The notes beneath the pieces are model-generated. The model ran no database searches, was not told the DNA's origin, and saw nothing but the letters and a program-made list of their open reading frames with translations. The translations under genes were made by a program, and so were the position numbers. From Bdellovibrionales bacterium (GTDB taxonomy: Bacteria > Bdellovibrionota > Bdellovibrionia > Bdellovibrionales > UBA1609), in the NCBI GenBank assembly GCA_965116175.1, contig OZ220490.1, forward strand, positions 65,466 through 129,465: a stretch of DNA of 64,000 nucleotides. Direction: 5' to 3'. This document shows positions 18,268 to 25,657 of this stretch, piece after piece. Each line of letters starts with the position of its first letter. Position 1 is the first letter of the stretch.

Positions 18268-19764
18268 TTAAGTAAATCTTGGGGTAATGATATGTTCTGA
18301 CTTTAATTCAGAAAAGCTTTTTAAACCAAGAGATCCCAAGAGTTCGTAGTTGTATTTTATTAGGTTAAGAGCATAGTTTTTTACTCTTTCAGATTTATTT
18401 TCAATATCCAGACCTTTCATTAAGTGAGGATCATGAGTTGTAATTCCTGTAGGGCAGGAGTTGCTGTAGCATCTCAAGGCTTGAATACATCCTAAAGCCA
18501 AAAGGAATCCTCTGGCTGTGTATACGGCATCTGCTCCAAAAGCCAAAGCCATCATTTGCTTTCCAGAATTTATAAGTTTTCCTGAACATAGAATTTTAAA
18601 TTTATCAATTATGGAAAGCTCTTTTAGAACTTCCCGGACAATTTGAAGGGATGGCATTAAAGGGTATCCTAAGTCATCCATAAAAGTTTTTGGAGCAGCC
18701 CCTGTTCCTCCTTCTGATCCATCAATGGCGATATAATCCGGGAAAAGATTTTCTTTTTTCATAGTGGAAAATAACTCATGAATTTCATTTTCTCTTCCCA
18801 GACAAAATTTTACACCTACAGGAAGCTCACTTATATCCTGAATCTTTTTAATAAAACGCACAGTGGAGTAAGCGTCTTTGCATTCATTGTGTCTTGGAGG
18901 GGAGAGAAGATCCTGGCCTAACGGAATATTTCTTAAATTTGCGATCTCTTCAGTGATTTTTTCTTTTGGAAGCAAGCCTCCTTTGCCAGGTTTTCCCCCT
19001 TGAGAAAGTTTGATCTCAATCATTTTGATCTGTGGTTTTTGACAAAGAGCTGTTAATTTATTCTCATCCAGATCCCCATTTTCTTTCCGCACACCAAATT
19101 TTGCTGTACCCATTTGAAAAATAAGATCACAGTTTTCCATTAAGTGATATTTTGGATAACCTCCTTCACCTGTATTCATGGATATATTTGCTTTTTTAGC
19201 TCCACGGGCTAGTGCACGGACAGCGGCTTTCCCTAAAGAACCATAACTCATCCCTCCAATGAGAAGAGGATTGTTTATTTTATAGAAGTTTTTCAACCCT
19301 CGCTCTTCTCCAAAAGTAAGAGAAAATGGCGCAATGTTCTTTTGAATTTCAGGGTAAAGAGAATGTTTAAGTTTATATTCTTTTTCATCAAAGTTAAGGA
19401 GGGAGCCAAAGGCTGAAGCTTTATCTTCATTTTTGGCTTTAATATAAACATCTCGTCTTTCAGTGCGGTTAAAGGGTTTTTCTTCTATATCACTGGAATA
19501 AAGATATTGGCGGAACTCAGGGCCCAGGCTTTCCAAAAAATAGCGCAAAAAGGCCAATATTCCAAAGTTTGACAGAAGTGTGTGTTTTTTTTGTATATGC
19601 CGACAATAAAGGTCCAACAAAATGAGAAAAATAAGAAAAATTGTAAAAAAGGAATAAAAAGAAAAAAAGTACCAACTTAAAATCAAAAGAGGAGGCAAAA
19701 GGAACTTGATAAAAGAGGCGAGCTTTTCAACTTTAAATTGGATGGCAACCTCCAAAAGCGACAA
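18268..19764 (-). CDS. FMN-binding glutamate synthase family protein (GltB domain-2-like) with N-terminal TM helices
   Basis: Contains NTGEGG, LSQGGKPGKGGLLP and IDGSEGGTGAAP. The N-terminus is hydrophobic. Confidence 0.85.
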   Translation of the reverse strand: MSLLEVAIQFKVEKLASFIKFLLPPLLILSWYFFSFYSFFTIFLIFLILLDLYCRHIQKKHTLLSNFGILAFLRYFLESLGPEFRQYLYSSDIEEKPFNRTERRDVYIKAKNEDKASAFGSLLNFDEKEYKLKHSLYPEIQKNIAPFSLTFGEERGLKNFYKINNPLLIGGMSYGSLGKAAVRALARGAKKANISMNTGEGGYPKYHLMENCDLIFQMGTAKFGVRKENGDLDENKLTALCQKPQIKMIEIKLSQGGKPGKGGLLPKEKITEEIANLRNIPLGQDLLSPPRHNECKDAYSTVRFIKKIQDISELPVGVKFCLGRENEIHELFSTMKKENLFPDYIAIDGSEGGTGAAPKTFMDDLGYPLMPSLQIVREVLKELSIIDKFKILCSGKLINSGKQMMALAFGADAVYTARGFLLALGCIQALRCYSNSCPTGITTHDPHLMKGLDIENKSERVKNYALNLIKYNYELLGSLGLKSFSELKSEHIITPRFT

Positions 19765-20093
19765 TTGTCTGGAACATTTTGTTTAGGCTTAAAATTCTAA
19801 ACAGAATCAGAAACTTTGTTAATGAAAAAATACTTATCACAACTTTCAGATTCTAATCTGTTTTGCTGATAAAACATTTTTTTATAGCATCCCCTTTTCC
19901 GGATTAACAATCAACCTTTTTTGTTTATTTTATTTCAATAAAAGACCTTAAACTTCAAACAAGACCAGTATAAATCTGTATATTTTTACAGTTAACTAGG
20001 AGCCACTCTGATATTTTTCTTGCAGATTAAAAACGCAAAAGTTACATTGTAAAAAAGTTTATTTGCAAATGATTGTAAGAATGGAGGAGCATA

Positions 20094-20576
20094 TTGAAAC
20101 AGATCGGGCTTTTGGCATCTGTTGTTTTTATAGTGTGGCTTGGTTATAAATTTTTCCAAAGTCCGGAAAGATATTTAAAAAAGACCTCTGAAAAAATAAT
20201 CAAGGTGGTCTCTGTTAAAGGCGCTCACTCGGATATGAGTCTTATTTCCAAAGTTTCAAAAATAGCTAAGTTTATCCATTTTGATGTTCAATTAAAAGCT
20301 GAATATGAAAATCAGATTTATAAAGCCCATTCCCTGAATGAATTTCGGAGTCTTCTTTTTACTTATTTTAGGAATGGAGCCACAGGAGAAGTCACTTATG
20401 ATAATTTATATGTGACAATGGATAAAAATCAGGAAAGAGGTGTAGTCAAGTTTGATGTTTATTTCAAGAGAGGCCGTAAAAATGTTTTTTGTAAAGCTCT
20501 TTTTGAATGGATAAAAGAAAAAAAATGGTATGTCAAAAGGATTGAAGTTCTTCCCTGTTCTCCGTCTACACTTTAA
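20094..20576 (+). CDS. Hypothetical protein with an N-terminal TM/signal anchor
   Basis: 160-aa ORF with a TTG start and a hydrophobic N-terminus. I recognise no motif. Confidence 0.45.
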   Translation: MKQIGLLASVVFIVWLGYKFFQSPERYLKKTSEKIIKVVSVKGAHSDMSLISKVSKIAKFIHFDVQLKAEYENQIYKAHSLNEFRSLLFTYFRNGATGEVTYDNLYVTMDKNQERGVVKFDVYFKRGRKNVFCKALFEWIKEKKWYVKRIEVLPCSPSTL

Positions 20577-20668
20577 AGAAGATGTTTTAAAAGAAAAACT
20601 TCAATTATGTTTTTTTTAGAAAGTCCAATAAGAAAAAATCGGAAGTTTAAATAAAGTTATTTTAATGT

Positions 20669-20920
20669 TTGGGGATTCTTATGTTATTTAAATATTCTTT
20701 AAAAAAGAAAGGCAGAAAAGACTTCATTATTTTAATTATTCGGATTCATCTTCTTGTTTTTTGTCTTATTGCTGTTTTATGGAGCCGCCGGCAAATTAAG
20801 AAAAAATGGTCTCCAGACAATAGTGTTCGGATTATAGAAAGAAAAGCCCGGTTTCTTCCTTCTGTAGAACAGGATGAAAGCGCTGAAAAACCAAAAAATA
20901 AGGAAGCTCAGTCGCTGTAA
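20669..20920 (+). CDS. Hypothetical small membrane protein (weak call)
   Basis: 83-aa ORF with one hydrophobic helix. There is no other support. Confidence 0.25.
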   Translation: MGILMLFKYSLKKKGRKDFIILIIRIHLLVFCLIAVLWSRRQIKKKWSPDNSVRIIERKARFLPSVEQDESAEKPKNKEAQSL

Positions 20921-21040
20921 GATATTCTTTTTATGCTCATCCTGTTTGAAATTCCATTTTTTTATTCTTTTGTTATATTGAAAAATATAGAGAAGCTTCT
21001 TGAAAACCTAACAGCTTTTGTATAGGATATTTTGCTATGT

Positions 21041-21116
21041 TCAGGTGTAGCTCAGCTGGTAGAGCAAGTGGCTGTTAACCACTGGGTCGGGGGTTCGAGT
21101 CCCTCCACCTGAGCCA
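21041..21116 (+). tRNA. tRNA-Asn (anticodon GTT), CCA encoded
   Basis: Hand-folded cloverleaf: acceptor tcaggtg/cacctga, D stem gctc/gagc, anticodon stem agtgg/ccact, loop ctGTTaa, T loop ttcgagt. Confidence 0.93.
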
Positions 21117-21337
21117 TTTTTGCAGGTTGCTCCTTCGTTAGTCTATTCTGGAGACATACTTTACACTTTCTCTATCCGAATTGAATAAAAAGGCGCAAAA
21201 TAAAATTAAAACATCTCAAAAAGTGGATTTTTTGCTATAAAATGAGCTACTGACTCTGGATTTGGAATGGAAACTCTTGTAAGGTATGGAAGAATTGAGG
21301 GGAATATACCAAGATATGATACACTGGTGTTGTTGCT

Positions 21338-21805
21338 ATGTCTGAAATACATATAAAAATAGACGGTCAGGAAAAGATATGGCCCGAGGCTGTTATAACT
21401 CCTAAAGATATTTTAGAGTTTGAGAAAAAACAGGAGCCTTATGATGCCTATGTTATTTTTAAAATTCAAGGAGATAAAAAGCAGGAAGTATGGAATGGAA
21501 CGGCAAAGGATGATTTGCATAAAAATATAGAAATTAAAAATGATGATGTATTTTATATTGAACATAAGCCAAAAGATTTAAAAATATATTATACTGTCAA
21601 TGGGGAAACACAAGAAATTTTAGCGTCAGATAACAAACTGACGGTTGTCCAAATACTTGAGAAAGCAAAATTTGTCCCTGTGGAAAAATTTAAACTGTTT
21701 AATGCTAAAACAAAAACAGATTATACAAACCCCAGTCAAGAAATAATTGTTCAAAATGGAGATGAGTTTTTAGCTCTATCTTCAGGGCCGACTCCTGTTG
21801 CATAA
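21338..21805 (+). CDS. Ubiquitin-like protein with two tandem beta-grasp (multiubiquitin-type) domains
   Basis: Two ~75-aa halves share the same pattern: IHIKIDGQEKIW..ITPKDILEF...NDDVFYI, and IYYTVNGETQEI...LTVVQILEKAKF...NGDEFLALSSG. It is the first gene of the E2/E1-JAB operon. Confidence 0.7.
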   Translation: MSEIHIKIDGQEKIWPEAVITPKDILEFEKKQEPYDAYVIFKIQGDKKQEVWNGTAKDDLHKNIEIKNDDVFYIEHKPKDLKIYYTVNGETQEILASDNKLTVVQILEKAKFVPVEKFKLFNAKTKTDYTNPSQEIIVQNGDEFLALSSGPTPVA

Positions 21806-22232
21806 TTCAGTGGAAGATTTAACGAATCAAATTCAAAAGGAAATAAAAAAGATTCTCTCTTGTGAATTACATCAGATACAAGAGATGAAAAATTGGAACT
21901 CATCTTTAAATAGAGATGGTTACCTATGCATATTTAAGTATGTGATTCCATGTGGTTCTCTAGAGAATAAAAAAATCACGATTGGTGTAGAACTTCCGCT
22001 AAATGATTATCCAAGATTACCGCCTCATTTTATACATTTAAAACAAGAGGAGTTTAGTGAAGAGAAAAGACAAAAAATGGATAAGATACATGAAGAGTAT
22101 GAAAATAATGGAGAAACTTGGCTGACGCTTAGTCGTCCTCCTCAAGATATATGGGATGATTTGGATAATTCAAAAAAAAATTTGCATACCTTTTTTGAAT
22201 CACATTTAAGAAGAGTTTGGAAGAATTTATGA
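21798..22232 (+). CDS. E2/UBC-fold-like protein (prokaryotic E2 family) lacking a Cys at the expected active-site position
   Basis: DYPRLPPHFIHL resembles the E2 YPxxPPxxxF block. HEEYENNGETWLTLSRPP occupies the position of HPN...G.IC. TTG start at 21798 (alternative GTG at 21810) overlaps the Ubl gene stop. The E2 stop overlaps the next start as ATGA. Confidence 0.6.
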   Translation: MHNSVEDLTNQIQKEIKKILSCELHQIQEMKNWNSSLNRDGYLCIFKYVIPCGSLENKKITIGVELPLNDYPRLPPHFIHLKQEEFSEEKRQKMDKIHEEYENNGETWLTLSRPPQDIWDDLDNSKKNLHTFFESHLRRVWKNL

Positions 22233-23662
22233 AATATGAAGTCACTTTAACCGAAAAAGCTCATAGTATCGCCTGCAACCATTTATTATCTCATTTTAAG
22301 CAAAATAAACTTCAAGAAGAACTGTGTTTTGCGCTTTGGTATCCTTGTAGCGGCAAGAGCAAGACAACAGCTCTAATCTCTGAGATTATTCTTCCTGAAG
22401 GAAATGAACGGAAGCTTCATGGCAATACAAGTTTTCTACCGCAGTTTTTAGCTCGTTCATTACGAATAGCTATAAAAAAGAAAGCGGGGCTTGCTTTTAT
22501 GCACAGTCATCCGACAAAGGGATGGCAGGATATGAGTGGCCCGGATATTATTGCAGAAAAAGATCGCATAGCATCACCTGCTAACAGTACAAATATGCCT
22601 TTGATTGGTTTAACAGTGGGCATAGATGAAAGTTGGAGCGCCAGATTCTGGATAAAAGAGAAGAACAGAAGATTTAAACGATTTTGGTGTGATAAAGTAA
22701 AAGTGATTGGAAATTGTTTAAAAATCACATTTAATGAGCAGGCGTATAATACATTTCAAAATAAAAATATTTTGCGGAGGACTATTGAAACCTGGGGATC
22801 AGATGAGCAGTTAAAAATCAGCAGAATGACAGTGGGGGTTGTAGGTATTGGCAGTGTAGGTTCAATGGTTAGTGAGAATTTGGCGAGAATAGGAATCGGA
22901 AATATTGTTTTAATAGATCACGATAAAATTGAAGAGCATAATTTAGACAGATTGCTTTACGCTACCAAAAAAGATATCGGAAAGTTTAAGTCTGAGTTCT
23001 TTAAAACTAAGATACTTAAGCATTCTGTGAATGAAAATGTGAAAGTAAACTCCCTAATACAACCTATACAATCACAGTCTGCGTTCAGATTGGCTTTGGA
23101 TTGTGATATTATTTTCAGTTGTGTAGATAAACCTTTGGCGAGAGATATTTTAAATCATATAGCTTATGCTCATTTGATACCTGTTATTGATGGAGGCATT
23201 GCGGTGAATAAAAGATACGACAAGTTTTCTGATGCTCGCTGGAGTTCTCATATTATATCCTATGGGCGCAAATGTATGTTATGTAGAAAGCAATATACAA
23301 CTTCAGATGTTTCTATGGAACTTGATGGTTCTCTTGAAGACCCCTCTTATATTGAAAGCTTACATTCAAGCCGGGGGTTTGGAAATGAGAATGTTTTCCC
23401 TTTCAGTCAAAATTTGTCCAGTATAGAGGTGTTAATGATGATACGCTTTTTACTATTTAAGGACTGGTGGCCAAAATTAAATAGTTTGGAATATAATTTT
23501 TTATCAGGGCAAATGAATATAGATGAATCTTCTTGCAATAAAGGATGTTATTTTTTAAGTATTATTGGAAAAGGGGATACAAATCGTATTAAACTATTAC
23601 AAGAAGATGTAAAATTTGAGAAAAGAAATTTATTAAATCTTATTCTTAAATTATGGAGGTAA
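22229..23662 (+). CDS. JAB/JAMM metallopeptidase - E1 (ThiF/MoeB-type adenylyltransferase) fusion protein
   Basis: The N-terminal part has QEELCFAL and HSHPTKGWQDMSGPD, a JAMM E...HxH...SxxD motif with 8 residues rather than the canonical 7 between the second His and the Ser. The C-terminal part has the Rossmann motif GVVGIGSVGSMVSENLARIGIGNIVLIDHDKIEEHNLDRL plus Cys pairs (CMLC, CNKGC). The ATG at 22229 overlaps the E2 stop (ATGA). Confidence 0.85.
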   Translation: MKYEVTLTEKAHSIACNHLLSHFKQNKLQEELCFALWYPCSGKSKTTALISEIILPEGNERKLHGNTSFLPQFLARSLRIAIKKKAGLAFMHSHPTKGWQDMSGPDIIAEKDRIASPANSTNMPLIGLTVGIDESWSARFWIKEKNRRFKRFWCDKVKVIGNCLKITFNEQAYNTFQNKNILRRTIETWGSDEQLKISRMTVGVVGIGSVGSMVSENLARIGIGNIVLIDHDKIEEHNLDRLLYATKKDIGKFKSEFFKTKILKHSVNENVKVNSLIQPIQSQSAFRLALDCDIIFSCVDKPLARDILNHIAYAHLIPVIDGGIAVNKRYDKFSDARWSSHIISYGRKCMLCRKQYTTSDVSMELDGSLEDPSYIESLHSSRGFGNENVFPFSQNLSSIEVLMMIRFLLFKDWWPKLNSLEYNFLSGQMNIDESSCNKGCYFLSIIGKGDTNRIKLLQEDVKFEKRNLLNLILKLWR

Positions 23663-23664
23663 TT

Positions 23665-24939
23665 ATGAAAATCAATGAAATAAGTCTAAAAAACTTAAGA
23701 TGTTTCCCTAAAGCAGAAAGCGCGATTCGTCCTATCACTGTAATTGTGGGTGAAAATAATACAGGAAAAACGACATTCTTATCCACTTATAAACTTATTC
23801 ATGATTTGTTGTATGAAGATAAACCTATAAAGCCTTCGTCTATAGAAGATTTATTGAAGGGGGAAACTTATAAATATCTTGGGGGGCCTAAGCATATTGT
23901 TAGGACACAGGATAATGCCGATATAGTGAATATAGGAGCAACTTTAAAAATTGGAGAACAAGATATCTGGAATGTGGAATATTCAATAAAAAATGGAAAA
24001 TTCTGTGAGAAGATTTTAATACATTGCTTTGAAAATAAGATAGAAGTAAAATTAACAGAAGGCAGTATAATGGAGTTTCTTATAAATGGACAACAGGGGT
24101 ATAATTCTACTACACCTGCTCATTTTTCTATTCACTTTTTTGGAGTTATTTCTTTTTTGTGTAATGAGCTAAAAAATAAACTTGAGAAAAATGAAATTTT
24201 ACATTCAAAAATAACTTCTGTTATAAGGTTTAAAGAAAGTGGCATTTTAAAAAATATATCTTGTAATCTTCTTGATCCGATTCACTTAAAGCCGAAATCC
24301 CAGTATAATCAAACAGAGATTAAAACTACAGATCCATCTTATGTTTTATGTGAAATGGCAGAGATGAAGAAAAATAACAACTGGAGTAAAATAAGAGAGG
24401 AATTTAATAAATTTGGTAAAGCCTCAAAACTTTTTCAAAGTCTGGATATAGATATATTAGATGAGAGTAATGGCGAGTCTCCATTTTCAATAAAAGTTAC
24501 AGTTGATGAGTTATCATCAGATATTACAAATGTTGGTCATGGGGTAAGCCAGTTTTTACCTATGTTGGCAAACCTATTTATTTCAGATTCAGAAAAATAC
24601 AACACCTTTCTAATGCAACAACCGGAAACTCATCTTCATCCTAGAGTAGAAGCTGAATTTGCTACTCTTATGATTAACATGATAAATAAACACAAAGAAA
24701 AATATAAATTTATTTGTGAAACTCATAGTGATTATATTATTCAGAGGGCTCGTATTGAAATCAAAGAGCAAAAGCTAAACCCTAAAGATTTTTTAATACT
24801 TTATTTTGAACTAAAAAATGGAGAAGCAAAAATTTATCCTATCACTATTGATTCAAATGGAAACTTTGAAAATCAACCAAACAGCTATAAGGCATTCTTT
24901 TTGTCAGAAGATTACAAACTTTTAGGCTTAAAAGATTGA
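23665..24939 (+). CDS. ABC-type/AAA_21-like ATPase (SMC/OLD-family N-terminal ATPase fold, no Toprim seen)
   Basis: Walker A is VGENNTGKTT, preceded by ISLKNLRCF. Signature-like GHGVSQFLPML is present. Walker B/D-loop is FLMQQPETHLHP and the H-loop is CETHSDYI. GGAGG lies 6 nt upstream of the ATG at 23665, inside the E1 gene end. Confidence 0.75.
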   Translation: MKINEISLKNLRCFPKAESAIRPITVIVGENNTGKTTFLSTYKLIHDLLYEDKPIKPSSIEDLLKGETYKYLGGPKHIVRTQDNADIVNIGATLKIGEQDIWNVEYSIKNGKFCEKILIHCFENKIEVKLTEGSIMEFLINGQQGYNSTTPAHFSIHFFGVISFLCNELKNKLEKNEILHSKITSVIRFKESGILKNISCNLLDPIHLKPKSQYNQTEIKTTDPSYVLCEMAEMKKNNNWSKIREEFNKFGKASKLFQSLDIDILDESNGESPFSIKVTVDELSSDITNVGHGVSQFLPMLANLFISDSEKYNTFLMQQPETHLHPRVEAEFATLMINMINKHKEKYKFICETHSDYIIQRARIEIKEQKLNPKDFLILYFELKNGEAKIYPITIDSNGNFENQPNSYKAFFLSEDYKLLGLKD

Positions 24940-24993
24940 ACCTGATAATGTTTGTCTTATTTTTGGCAGTGTGATTCAAAAGAAAGGAATATT

Positions 24994-25461
24994 ATGAAGT
25001 TATCGCGTAAAGGAATAATTATTGACGCAGAAGCTTTTCACAAGTTTATAAATATAAATCATGAAGATTCAAAACCTGTCCATCAATGTATTAAGAAAGG
25101 AACATTAAAATTAGTATATGGCAATGATAAAAAAAGTTCAGATGAAATAAAAAGAGACAGCCGTATGATCGATATGCTGGGAAAATTAACAAGAGCTGGA
25201 GCTGTTTATCAAGCCAATTCAAAAGAAAAGAAAAAGGAAATTGATGCTAAGGATAGAATTATAGAAGGCACACAATTAAAATCTAACGATACACATATTA
25301 TTGCTATAGCTTTAGTGGAAAAAAAGGCCAGGTTGTTATTTAGCGTCAGCAGAGGCGATAAGAAATTGCATAAAGATTTTAGAAACCCCAAAATAATAAA
25401 AGAACCCCGAGGAAATATATATCAGGAATACAGCAAACATTCAGGTTTGTTACCGCGATAA
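24994..25461 (+). CDS. PIN-like domain protein (predicted nuclease)
   Basis: GIIIDAEAF is a beta1 Asp-type strand. SNDTHIIAIALVEKKARLLFSVSRGDKKLHKDF...PRGNIY resembles a PIN-like family pattern (sND.H.lALA....ARLL.t.D..L..DF...PRG.vY). The ATG at 24994 has an AAAGGAA RBS; the track ORF opens earlier, at TTG 24952. Confidence 0.45.
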   Translation: MKLSRKGIIIDAEAFHKFININHEDSKPVHQCIKKGTLKLVYGNDKKSSDEIKRDSRMIDMLGKLTRAGAVYQANSKEKKKEIDAKDRIIEGTQLKSNDTHIIAIALVEKKARLLFSVSRGDKKLHKDFRNPKIIKEPRGNIYQEYSKHSGLLPR

Positions 25462-25657
25462 TATAAAGTGTACTAGTTAAGACATGATCTGACAGTTACT
25501 GTTATCTACTAATCCGAGTATTCTGTTAAAATCCCGTTAAAATGAGTTTTGATTTTAAAAACTCCAATGCTTTCAAGGCTTACAAAGAGCAATGGCGGGG
25601 TGGGTATTTTTCCCCGCAAACCCTTGAAAACATGAAACTTTTTAAATCCATGTAGCA

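Noticed and set aside
21233-21241. Extended -10-like promoter element TGcTATAAA about 100 nt upstream of the Ubl gene.
   Set aside because: There is no acceptable -35 at 17-bp spacing, and such A/T hexamers are frequent in this AT-rich DNA. It is not reported as a feature. It would need 5'-end mapping.
21117-21337. Island attachment-site direct repeats (copies of the tRNA-Asn or tRNA-Ser 3' halves) near 25.46-25.66 kb, 26.34-26.41 kb or 29.64-29.87 kb.
   Set aside because: I found no visible repeat of ccctccacctga or of the tRNA-Ser 3' end elsewhere in the island. Short or degenerate att remnants could escape eye inspection, so the island borders are inferred from gene content only.
25540-25625. 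Hairpin gcgggg-N11-ccccgc (about 25593-25615) downstream of the PIN-like gene, considered as an operon terminator.
   Set aside because: The stem is only 6 bp and is not followed by a T-tract on the + strand. It may instead belong to the degraded integrase 3' region. The support is insufficient.
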